From contig JBBABB010000002.1 of the NCBI GenBank assembly GCA_041657885.1, positions 121,095 to 185,094 on the forward strand: a stretch of 64,000 bases of DNA. Reading direction: 5' to 3'. The notes below the pieces were generated by a model, which made no database searches, was not told the DNA's origin, and saw nothing but the letters and a program-made list of their open reading frames with translations. Both the position numbers and the translations under genes were made by a program. Every line of letters begins with the position of its first letter. Position 1 is the stretch's first letter. This document shows positions 45,841-54,726 of the stretch, one piece after another. This stretch comes from Minisyncoccota bacterium (lineage in GTDB: Bacteria > Patescibacteriota > Minisyncoccia > Phycocordibacterales > UBA9973).

Positions 45841-47598
45841 ATGCATGTTGATGAAAAAACAATCATAGATCTTCTTGATAGTTCTGGGTTGGTTACTAAA
45901 ACAGATATTTCTGTTGCACTCAAAAAAGCTAAAGAGACCAACCAATCACTTGGTTCTATTTTGGTTTCAAGTGGTAAATTAATTGAAAAAGATTGGAATA
46001 AAATTCAAGCGATGTCACTCGGTATTCCGTTTGTCAGCTTAGAAGGGGAGAAAATTGACCCAAATGTTTTGACTTTAATTCCTGAGCCAATCGCTCGAAA
46101 TAGTAATATTATTGCTTATAAAAAAACCAATCTCGGCTTGGAAGTGGCAATGCTTGATGTAGAGAACCTTCCTGTTATTGATTTTATCAAAAAGAAAGTC
46201 GGGTTACGTATTCTTCCTCGAATAACAAGCTCTCAATCTATAAAAGAGGCACTTAATCAATATAAGAAAAGTTTACAAGCAGACTTTGAAGATATTATTA
46301 AAAAAGAAAGTAATTCTATAAAACCAATATCTAATGATGGCACTGTCGCTGAAGAAAAAACAGAAAAAGAATTAAAGGAATTAGCAGAGGATTTACCGAT
46401 TGTGAAGATTGTAGATACTCTTATTTCACACGCTATTTTTCAAGGAGCTTCAGATATACACATAGAGCCGTGTGAAGAGTCTCTCGTTATTCGCTATCGT
46501 ATAGATGGTATTTTACACGATGCGATGATTTTACCAAAAGATACAGCTTCTGGAATTGTTGCCCGTGTTAAAGTTTTGTCTAATTTAAAACTTGATGAAA
46601 AGCGTCTTCCTCAAGATGGACGTTTTAAAATTGTGAATGAACAAGGAGGTGTTTCTTTCCGTGTTTCTACATTGCCTACATATTATGGTGAGAAAACTGT
46701 TATTCGTATTTTGCGAGAAAATGCTAAGGGTTTTTCCTTAGAAGGACTTGGTTTTCATGGTGAAGCTCTTGAACGAATCCATGATGGGATGAAGAAACGC
46801 ACAGGGATGCTTCTAGCTACCGGTCCAACTGGTTCTGGTAAAACAACTACTCTCTACTCTATGCTTGATATTTTAAATACTACAGATGTAAACATTTCAA
46901 CAGTTGAAGACCCTATTGAATACCAAATGCCACGTATTAATCAAACTCAAACAAAATCTGAAATAGGTCTAACTTTTGCGAATGGTCTACGTACATTACT
47001 CCGACAAGACCCAGATATAATAATGGTCGGAGAAATTCGTGATAAAGAGACCGCATCACTTGCTATTAATGCGAGTTTGACGGGGCATCTTGTTTTATCT
47101 ACTATTCACACTAACTCTGCAGCAGGAGCAATACCGCGTATGATAGATATGGGAGTAGAACCATTTTTAATTGTTTCAACTGTTAAAACGGTTATAGCCC
47201 AAAGATTAGTTCGTAAATTGTCCGATGGAAAAGAAAAATATTTTTTAAGTGATATAGAAAAGAATGCCTTAAAAAAAATTGTGGATCTTGACCGTGTGCT
47301 TGGATTTTTGAAAGAAGAAAAAGTTGTTTCTCCTGATGCAACATGGGATATGATTCCATTTTATAAACCAAAACCAAGCGAAGAATCAAACGATGGTTAT
47401 AAGGGGCGTATTGGTATTCATGAAGTTTTAAAAGTTACCACTTCAATTAAAGAAATGATATTAAAGGGTTTATCTGTTGATGAGATAGAAAAGAGAGCCA
47501 TGGAAGAAGGAATGATGACAATGATTGAAGATGGCATATTCTTAGCGGTTCAAGGGGGAACATCAACAGAAGAAGTGCTTCGTGTTGTTTCAGAATAA
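45841..47598 (+). CDS. pilB: Type IV pilus assembly ATPase PilB (GspE family)
   Basis: N-terminal GSPII_E-N type domains, Walker A GPTGSGKTTT, Asp/His boxes, C-terminal tetracysteine-less variant. Confidence 0.85.
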   Translation: MHVDEKTIIDLLDSSGLVTKTDISVALKKAKETNQSLGSILVSSGKLIEKDWNKIQAMSLGIPFVSLEGEKIDPNVLTLIPEPIARNSNIIAYKKTNLGLEVAMLDVENLPVIDFIKKKVGLRILPRITSSQSIKEALNQYKKSLQADFEDIIKKESNSIKPISNDGTVAEEKTEKELKELAEDLPIVKIVDTLISHAIFQGASDIHIEPCEESLVIRYRIDGILHDAMILPKDTASGIVARVKVLSNLKLDEKRLPQDGRFKIVNEQGGVSFRVSTLPTYYGEKTVIRILRENAKGFSLEGLGFHGEALERIHDGMKKRTGMLLATGPTGSGKTTTLYSMLDILNTTDVNISTVEDPIEYQMPRINQTQTKSEIGLTFANGLRTLLRQDPDIIMVGEIRDKETASLAINASLTGHLVLSTIHTNSAAGAIPRMIDMGVEPFLIVSTVKTVIAQRLVRKLSDGKEKYFLSDIEKNALKKIVDLDRVLGFLKEEKVVSPDATWDMIPFYKPKPSEESNDGYKGRIGIHEVLKVTTSIKEMILKGLSVDEIEKRAMEEGMMTMIEDGIFLAVQGGTSTEEVLRVVSE

Positions 47599-47602
47599 AA
47601 AT

Positions 47603-48001
47603 ATGGAAAAAGATTTTAATAAATGGAATGATAAAAAGAAGGAAACTCATAAACTAGAAAATCAAAAGATTTTTTATGAACGTGAAGTTTGGTGGTGTAT
47701 TTTTGGTATAAATATTGGAACAGAAATAGATGGAAAACATGAACTCTTTTTAAGGCCAGCAGTTGTTGTAAGGAAATTCAATAAAGATATGGCTATTGTT
47801 GTTCCAACAACAGCACAAGTTAAATCCAATAAATATTATTTTTCAGTTTCTGGGGTTGATGAAAAAACTTATAATACCTGTCTTTCCCAAATTAAAAATA
47901 TAAGTTCTAAAAGATTATTTAGAAAAATTGGAACAATTAAAGGAGAAGATTATTTAGTTTTATTAGATAAATTATCAAAGATGATAAAAGGGACTCTCTA
48001 A
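47603..48001 (+). CDS. PemK/MazF-family endoribonuclease toxin-like protein (no cognate antitoxin seen)
   Basis: RPAVVV, VVPTTAQVK, KKIGTIKGEDYLVLLDKL align with MazF RPAVVLS / CVPCTTQSK / KKGTV..EL; start taken at ATG 47603, 5 nt after the pilB stop. Confidence 0.5.
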   Translation: MEKDFNKWNDKKKETHKLENQKIFYEREVWWCIFGINIGTEIDGKHELFLRPAVVVRKFNKDMAIVVPTTAQVKSNKYYFSVSGVDEKTYNTCLSQIKNISSKRLFRKIGTIKGEDYLVLLDKLSKMIKGTL

Positions 48002-48006
48002 ACAAC

Positions 48007-48030
48007 GAAATCCCCTTGCGGGGATTTCTC
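48007..48030 (+). terminator. Hairpin after the mazF-like gene
   Basis: gaaatcccc ttgc ggggatttc: 9-bp stem, no T-run. Confidence 0.4.
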
Positions 48031-48077
48031 AGAGGCCGAAGCCCATAATCACTATAAGTATATCAAACCTAGATATC

Positions 48078-49808
48078 ATGTCAAGCACAAAATCACAAAT
48101 CAAAATCTGTCAGAACTGTAAAAAAGACTTCATTATTGAGCCAGATGATTTTCTATTCTATGAAAAAATAAAAGTCCCTCCACCCACTTTTTGCCCGGAG
48201 TGTAGGATGATTAGAAGAATGACTTTTAGAAATGAAAGGACTCTTTATAGAAGAACTTGTGAAGCAAAGGAACATGGGGAACAAATACTTTCTGTATTTT
48301 CACCTGATAAAAAACAAAAAGTATTTTGTCATAGTGCTTGGTGGGGTGATAGCTGGGATGGAATTGAATATGCAAAAGATTATGATTTTTCAAAAACTTT
48401 TTTCTCTCAAATACAGGAATTATGGCAATCTGTCCCAGACATAGGACTTTTCAATATTAATCCAGTAAATAGTGAATATTGTAGTATAACAGAAGGTAAT
48501 AAAAATTGTTATTTAGTAATTGGTGGTGATTTTAATGAGGATACAAGGTATTCCTGTTTTATATTTCATAGCAAGGAATGTGCTGATTGCTATGGTATAT
48601 CAAAAAGCGAGTGGAATTATGAAGTTATAGATTCAATTCAAAATTATAACTTATCATACAGTCAATATTGTGAAGGTTGTTATGATAGTGTTTTTTTATT
48701 TAATTGTAAAAATTGTAGTAATTGTTTTGGTTGTACTAATTTAAATAATGGTTCTTATTCTTGGTTTAATGAACAATTAACAAAAGACGAATACAAAACA
48801 AGATTAGAAGAAATAAATTTAGGAAGTTATATCTCTATACTAAAACATAAAAAAGATTTTTATGAATTTTCGTTAAAATTTCCTAGAAAGTATTCTAGAA
48901 TACTAAGGTCTGTAAATTCTACAGGAGACAATATGGAACAAGCTAAAAATTGTAAAGAATGTTTTGGGATTTTTGATGGAGCGGAAGATTGTAGATATTT
49001 ATGGTTAATATACTCGAAAATAACGAATTCTTTTGATTCAGATCATTCAGGATTAAAATCAAATTTACTTTATGAATGTTCAACTGTCTATCCTGGCAAT
49101 ATTGTATTATTTTCACGTTTTATATTTAATGGACGCGAAGTAGAATATTCATATAATTGCCACAACTCGTCAAATATTTTTGGATGTATAGGTTTAAGAA
49201 ATAAACAATATTGTATTTTAAATAAGCAGTATTCTAAAGAAGAATATAAGGAATTAAGACTAAAAATTATAGAGCATATGAATAAAACCCCATATGTTAA
49301 TAGTGCAGGGAATATATATAAATATGGTGAATTTTTTCCAGAAGAAATTTCTCCTTTTGCTTATAATGAAACTGTAGCAAATGAATTGCTTCCATTAGGA
49401 GAAGAAAAAGTAAAAAAGAGTGGATATCTCTGGAAACAAAAGGAAGGGAAGAACTATGCAATTACAAAAAACTTTAACGATTTACCAGATAATATTAATC
49501 AAGTGGATATTTCTATAACAAAGGAAACGATACAATGTACTCACAATGGTAATTGTAATGATGGATGTTCTACAGCATTTAAAATAACAGAAGATGAATT
49601 AAATTTCTATAAAAAAATGAATATTCCATTACCAAGACTATGTTCAAATTGTAGACACTATGAAAGATTGCAAAGCAGGAATCCTATAAAGCTCTGGCAT
49701 CGAACTTGCATGAAAGAAGGGTGTAATAATGAATTTGAGACAAGCTACGCCCCAGAGAGACCGGAAATTGTGTATTGTGAGAAGTGTTATCAACAAGAGG
49801 TATATTAA
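48078..49808 (+). CDS. Cysteine-rich paralog 5 of 5
   Basis: N-terminus CQNCKKDFIIEPDDFLFYEKIKVPPPTFCPECR, C-terminus ...SYAPERPEIVYCEKCYQQEVY. Confidence 0.75.
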   Translation: MSSTKSQIKICQNCKKDFIIEPDDFLFYEKIKVPPPTFCPECRMIRRMTFRNERTLYRRTCEAKEHGEQILSVFSPDKKQKVFCHSAWWGDSWDGIEYAKDYDFSKTFFSQIQELWQSVPDIGLFNINPVNSEYCSITEGNKNCYLVIGGDFNEDTRYSCFIFHSKECADCYGISKSEWNYEVIDSIQNYNLSYSQYCEGCYDSVFLFNCKNCSNCFGCTNLNNGSYSWFNEQLTKDEYKTRLEEINLGSYISILKHKKDFYEFSLKFPRKYSRILRSVNSTGDNMEQAKNCKECFGIFDGAEDCRYLWLIYSKITNSFDSDHSGLKSNLLYECSTVYPGNIVLFSRFIFNGREVEYSYNCHNSSNIFGCIGLRNKQYCILNKQYSKEEYKELRLKIIEHMNKTPYVNSAGNIYKYGEFFPEEISPFAYNETVANELLPLGEEKVKKSGYLWKQKEGKNYAITKNFNDLPDNINQVDISITKETIQCTHNGNCNDGCSTAFKITEDELNFYKKMNIPLPRLCSNCRHYERLQSRNPIKLWHRTCMKEGCNNEFETSYAPERPEIVYCEKCYQQEVY

Positions 49809-49814
49809 AATAGG

Positions 49815-51026
49815 ATGAAGTTTAAATATAAAATACAAAATAAGAATTATGGGATATTTGAAGGGATTACTGAATCACCAGACAAATTTACTTTAGCGAG
49901 AGAGTTTCGAGAGAAAGGCAATACTCCTATTTTTATAGAAGAATTTAAAAAAAATACTAATATTTTTTCAATGAAAATAGATTTTTTAAGTAGAGTTTCT
50001 CTGGCAGAAAAAATTATGTTTACTAATAATTTAAGTGGGATGCTTACAGCAGGACTTTCTCTAAACAGAGCTTTATCTATATTAGAAAAACAATCAACAA
50101 ATTCTACTCTTGGTGATGTTTTACGTAGTTTAGAAGAAGATATAAGCAAAGGAAATACTCTTTCAGAAGGGATGAGAAAATTTCCCAAAATTTTCTCTGG
50201 AATTTTTATACCAATGGTTCACGCCGGAGAAGAATCAGGGAATCTACCGACGACGCTTACAGAAGTTGGATTGAGTCTTAAAAAATCTTATGATTTAAAC
50301 AAAAAAATAAAAGGGGCTATGACATATCCGACTATTATTATTTGCGCGATGGTCATAATTGCTATATTTATGATGATTTATGTTGTCCCGACTCTGACTA
50401 AAACATTTACAGACATGGGTTCTGAATTACCAGCATCTACCAAAATGATTATTTGGATTTCTGATTCTATTAGTCAGCATATATTTTTATTTTTATCCTT
50501 AATTGGTGCTTTTATTTTAAGTATTATTTTTCTTTTTAAAATTAAATTAGTTCGCAGATATTTTGATCGTTTTATTTTATATATTCCTGTTATTGGTAAA
50601 ATAGTTAAAGAAGTTAATACTGCTCGCACCGCAAGGACAATGTCCTCTTTATTATTATCTGGGGTAAGTATTTCCAATTCTTTATCCATAACAGAAGAAG
50701 TTCTTCAAAATATTCATTATAAGGAATTGATTCATAAATCAATTGCCTCTATAGAAAAAGGTACAGTTCTATCTGCTTCTTTTAAAGAAAATACTTTTCT
50801 CTATCCAGTAATGATGGGAGAAATGATTGAAGTTGGAGAAGAAACTGGTAATTTATCAAAAATGCTTTTAGATATTGCTAATTTTTATGAAACAGAAGTA
50901 GATAATAAAACAAAAGATTTATCAACAATTATTGAACCAGTTTTAATGCTTTTTATCGGAGCGGCTGTTGGAATTTTTGCTATTTCTATGATTAAACCAA
51001 TGTATTCGGTTATGAGTGATATTTAG
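49815..51026 (+). CDS. pilC: Type IV pilus assembly platform protein PilC (GspF family)
   Basis: Two T2SS-F-type domains with three TM helices; position after pilB. Confidence 0.8.
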   Translation: MKFKYKIQNKNYGIFEGITESPDKFTLAREFREKGNTPIFIEEFKKNTNIFSMKIDFLSRVSLAEKIMFTNNLSGMLTAGLSLNRALSILEKQSTNSTLGDVLRSLEEDISKGNTLSEGMRKFPKIFSGIFIPMVHAGEESGNLPTTLTEVGLSLKKSYDLNKKIKGAMTYPTIIICAMVIIAIFMMIYVVPTLTKTFTDMGSELPASTKMIIWISDSISQHIFLFLSLIGAFILSIIFLFKIKLVRRYFDRFILYIPVIGKIVKEVNTARTARTMSSLLLSGVSISNSLSITEEVLQNIHYKELIHKSIASIEKGTVLSASFKENTFLYPVMMGEMIEVGEETGNLSKMLLDIANFYETEVDNKTKDLSTIIEPVLMLFIGAAVGIFAISMIKPMYSVMSDI

Positions 51027-51040
51027 TAATAAATTAAATA

Positions 51041-51523
51041 ATGAATTATTTTAAAATAAAAAGAAATAAAGGTATAAGCATTATTGAAATACTCATTGTT
51101 ATTAGTATTATTGTTATAATAAGTGCTATTGCTATTCCAAACTTTTCTAAATTTCATAATCAACAAGCACTTCGTAATACAACCGAAGATGTAATTTCCT
51201 TATTGAACGAGGCAAGAAATAGTACTATTTCTTCCAAAAATTCTAATACTTATGGAGTTCACTTTCAATCAGATAAGGTTATTTTATTTGCAGGTTCGTC
51301 TTTTAATGACTCTCCATCAAACAAACAGATTAATCTTGATTCTTCCGTTATTATACCTGCGACTGGTGGAATTAATTTAAATGGTGGAGGAAGTGATATT
51401 ATCTTTGCTAGGATAACAGGGGATACCACAAATAATGGTACAATTGTTATACAACTTGTAAGTGATACCACTCAACAAAAAATTATTACTATTAGTAAAA
51501 TCGGAGTAATAGGTTCGAATTAA
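51041..51523 (+). CDS. Prepilin-type N-terminal cleavage/methylation domain protein (pilin/pseudopilin)
   Basis: KGISIIEILIVISIIVIISAIAIP prepilin motif and N-terminal hydrophobic helix. Confidence 0.6.
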   Translation: MNYFKIKRNKGISIIEILIVISIIVIISAIAIPNFSKFHNQQALRNTTEDVISLLNEARNSTISSKNSNTYGVHFQSDKVILFAGSSFNDSPSNKQINLDSSVIIPATGGINLNGGGSDIIFARITGDTTNNGTIVIQLVSDTTQQKIITISKIGVIGSN

Positions 51524-52060
51524 ATGAAAAATATTTTCAAAAAAAAGAAAAATTTGGTGTCGGGGTTTACCCCCACACCAAATTTCACAAAGAAAAGGAA
51601 TTTGGTGTGGGGGTTTACTATTATAGAAGTATTAGTAGCTTGTGTCATAATAACGACAACGACTATCGCTTTAATGTCAGCTACTTCAAAAGGGATAGAG
51701 CTTTCTAATAGAGCATTAAGACAAGTGCAAGCGAATATGCTTATGGAAGAAGGAGTTGAGGCGGTTAAATCAATAAGAGATACTAGTTGGGCGACAATTT
51801 CAGGAAAAAGTTTAAATACGAATTATTATTTATCTTTTTCAGGTGCTTGGATTCTTGGGACAACTCCAGTAGCACAAATAGATGAAATTTTTACTAGAAA
51901 AGTTATTTTCTCGGCGGTTAATCGTGATAGTAATGATGATATCGCTTCTTTCGGAATTGTTGATATAGGAATTAAAAGAGTAAATGTTATAGTTGAGTGG
52001 TCAACTCCTAGTGGAATAAATTCAAAAAGTATAACATTTTATTTAGCCAATATTTTTTAA
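51524..52060 (+). CDS. Prepilin-type protein with unusually long leader (second G-F-T site)
   Basis: Leader MKNIFKKKKNLVSGFTPTPNFTKKRNLVWGFTIIEVLV; class III signal peptide. Confidence 0.55.
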   Translation: MKNIFKKKKNLVSGFTPTPNFTKKRNLVWGFTIIEVLVACVIITTTTIALMSATSKGIELSNRALRQVQANMLMEEGVEAVKSIRDTSWATISGKSLNTNYYLSFSGAWILGTTPVAQIDEIFTRKVIFSAVNRDSNDDIASFGIVDIGIKRVNVIVEWSTPSGINSKSITFYLANIF

Positions 52061-52064
52061 TTAA

Positions 52065-52610
52065 ATGAAAACACAAAACAAAAAAGGTTTTACCCCCACA
52101 CCAAATTTCATAAAGAAAAGGAATTTGGTGTGGGGGTTTAGTATAATTGAGATTATGGTTTATTTAGCTATTTTTACCGCCCTTTCAATTTTGGTGATTA
52201 ATTCATTTATTGTTGTTTTATCTTCATTTAACACGACGAATATGAATCGTAAATTACTTGAGTCAGGTGTAGTATCTATGGAGCGTATTTCTCGAGAAAT
52301 TCGTCAGGCACAAAGTGTTGATGCTAGTAGCACTCAAACTATATTAGTTCTAAATAGTCATGATAATTTAGGGACTGTTATGGTTATTAAATTTATAAAA
52401 GAAGGCAGAGCTTTAAATCTTTACAAAAATGATATTTTGCAAGGTAATTTACTTGGAGAGAATTTATCTGTTACAAATATAATTTTTAATCGTATTACTA
52501 CAACCCAAAGTGAAGCGATAAAAATAGAAATGACTTTGCAATACTCTGGAGGAAATAAGACTAAATCGGAAAATTTTTACAATACGGTTATTTTAAGGGG
52601 TAGTTATTAA
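52065..52610 (+). CDS. Prepilin-type protein with the same long leader
   Basis: MKTQNKKGFTPTPNFIKKRNLVWGFSIIEIMV. Confidence 0.55.
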   Translation: MKTQNKKGFTPTPNFIKKRNLVWGFSIIEIMVYLAIFTALSILVINSFIVVLSSFNTTNMNRKLLESGVVSMERISREIRQAQSVDASSTQTILVLNSHDNLGTVMVIKFIKEGRALNLYKNDILQGNLLGENLSVTNIIFNRITTTQSEAIKIEMTLQYSGGNKTKSENFYNTVILRGSY

Positions 52611-52641
52611 TGGATTAGGTTCTAAAAAATAGAAATTAAAA

Positions 52642-53931
52642 ATGAAAAATAAAATTAAAATTCAAAGAAATAAAGGGGCTGCGATGATGATTGTCGTTTT
52701 ATTTTTCATGTTCATCAGCTTAACTATTTTAATTGGTATTGTAACCCCTGTTGTTCGTGAATTTAGAATTGCCGGTGATAATTTTAATTCCAAGCAAGCT
52801 TATTTTATTGCTGAATCGGGGGTAGAAGATGTGATGTATCGTTTAAAAAATAATATGGAAGTTGGTACTATCGGTGAAAGTAGGACTCTTTTTTTAGATG
52901 ATTCTTTTTTTCCTATTCCTACTGAATTTACTGACATTTTTGGGGGGCGAAAACAAATAGTAACCACAGGAGATATAAATTCAAATCAACGCAAAGTTAA
53001 TTTAATTCTTACCACTACCACTGGAGTTTCTTTTAATTATGGTGTACAGGTTGGAATAGGAGGTTTTAATTTTACTGGTAATGCTAAAGTAATTGGAAAT
53101 GTTTATTCAAATGGTAACATTACGGGTGAGAACAACGCAGCTATTACTGGCACAGCAATTTCAACAGGAACCATTAGCGGGATGACAATAGGAACAGGTA
53201 CAACTGGAAATGCAAAAGCTCATACGGTTAATAATTCTACAATTCGTGGCATAAACTATTGTCAAACTGGGACAGGAAATAATAAAGCTTGCGATACAAG
53301 CCAGCCGGATCCGATAGCGACAATAATGCCTATTTCAGACCAAAATATTTTGGATTGGAAAGAAGAGGCTTCGGTCGGCGATCCACATGTTGGTAATTAT
53401 TTACTAGATAGTAATAATACTGCTTCTCTTGGCCCAAAAGAAATAACTGGTAATTTTACAATAGATGGCAACGCAATTCTTACAATTACCGGAACTATTT
53501 GGGTTCATGGAAATATCACTATTAATAATAATGCTATAGTAAAATTATCTAACTCGTATGGAGTAAATAGCGGTGTTATTGTTGCTGATGGTAATGTAAA
53601 TTTTACTGGCAATAATAGATTTGAAGGTTCTGGACAAACTGGAAGTTATATACTTCTTGTTACCACAAGTACCTGTCCTGTTGGTCCATCTTGTGGTGGG
53701 GATAGTACTAATGCTATTACTATTGGCAATAACGCGAATGCAGTTATTCTTAATGCCCAACAAGGAACCATTTCATTTTTAAATAACGCCCAAGTGAATG
53801 AAGCAACAGCTAAAACTATCGTGGCTGAAAATAATACAATTATTACATATCTTGAAGGTCTTGCAGATGTTAATTTTTCTAGTGGGCCTTCAGGTTCATG
53901 GGGGATAGATAGCTGGCAAGAGTCAGAATAA
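52642..53931 (+). CDS. PilX-like large minor pilin / pilus tip protein with beta-helix-like repeats
   Basis: N-terminal TM helix of PilX type (KGAAMMIVVLFFMFISLTILIG), then TGN/GNA-rich repeats. Confidence 0.4.
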   Translation: MKNKIKIQRNKGAAMMIVVLFFMFISLTILIGIVTPVVREFRIAGDNFNSKQAYFIAESGVEDVMYRLKNNMEVGTIGESRTLFLDDSFFPIPTEFTDIFGGRKQIVTTGDINSNQRKVNLILTTTTGVSFNYGVQVGIGGFNFTGNAKVIGNVYSNGNITGENNAAITGTAISTGTISGMTIGTGTTGNAKAHTVNNSTIRGINYCQTGTGNNKACDTSQPDPIATIMPISDQNILDWKEEASVGDPHVGNYLLDSNNTASLGPKEITGNFTIDGNAILTITGTIWVHGNITINNNAIVKLSNSYGVNSGVIVADGNVNFTGNNRFEGSGQTGSYILLVTTSTCPVGPSCGGDSTNAITIGNNANAVILNAQQGTISFLNNAQVNEATAKTIVAENNTIITYLEGLADVNFSSGPSGSWGIDSWQESE

Positions 53932-53973
53932 TAATCCCTGTTAAAATAAGCTATTTTGTGGTATAATTGTCAA

Positions 53974-54726
53974 ATGAGGAAAATTGTTATAGCTAATTGG
54001 AAGATGAATCCGCAATCTCAAAAAGAGGCGGAAGTTTTATTTCGCGCTATAGTGAAAAGTAAAAATTCTAAAAAAATTGATGTAGTAATCTGTCCCCCAG
54101 TTTTATATATAGAAAAGCTTAATAAAATTTCTTCAAAAATGGTCTTGGGTGCCCAAAATATTTTCTATGAGAAAAAAGGTCCATTTACTGGGGAAATTTC
54201 GGCTGGAATGCTAAAAGATATAGGAGTTGAGTATATTATTATTGGACATTCAGAAAGACGCAGTCTTGGAGAAACAAATTTAGATGTAAATAAAAAAATT
54301 AAAACAGCGCTTTCTTGTGGCCTTAAGCCGGTAGTTTGTGTTGGAGAAATAGAAAGAGATGAAAATCACAAATATTTCAATATCATAAAAAATCAAATTG
54401 AGGAATGTTTAGGTGGATTGAGTAAAAGTATGCTCTCAAAAATAATTATTGCTTATGAGCCAGTGTGGGCTCTTTCGACAACTTTAGGCCACAAAGATGC
54501 TACTTCATTAGATTCTTGTGAGATGTCAATTTTTATTAAAAAAATCATTTCAGATAAATTTGGTTTGAAAATAATTATGCCAAGAATTATTTATGGTGGG
54601 TCAGTGGATGATAAAAATTGTGCCGATTTTCTAATAAATGGGGGAGTAAGTGGGGTATTAGTTGGGGGTGCAAGTTTGAACGCTGATAAATTTTTAAAAA
54701 TTATTAATATTGCAGGAATTAAATGA
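53974..54726 (+). CDS. tpiA: Triose-phosphate isomerase
   Basis: IANWKMN, IIGHSERR, AYEPVWA, GGSV motifs; start taken at MRKIVIANWKMN. Confidence 0.85.
   Translation: MRKIVIANWKMNPQSQKEAEVLFRAIVKSKNSKKIDVVICPPVLYIEKLNKISSKMVLGAQNIFYEKKGPFTGEISAGMLKDIGVEYIIIGHSERRSLGETNLDVNKKIKTALSCGLKPVVCVGEIERDENHKYFNIIKNQIEECLGGLSKSMLSKIIIAYEPVWALSTTLGHKDATSLDSCEMSIFIKKIISDKFGLKIIMPRIIYGGSVDDKNCADFLINGGVSGVLVGGASLNADKFLKIINIAGIK

Noticed and set aside
45601-45941. Minus-strand ORFs 45601-45798 and 45738-45941
   Set aside because: They lie over the structured element and the pilB upstream region; their composition is mirrored from the repeat and they are not supported
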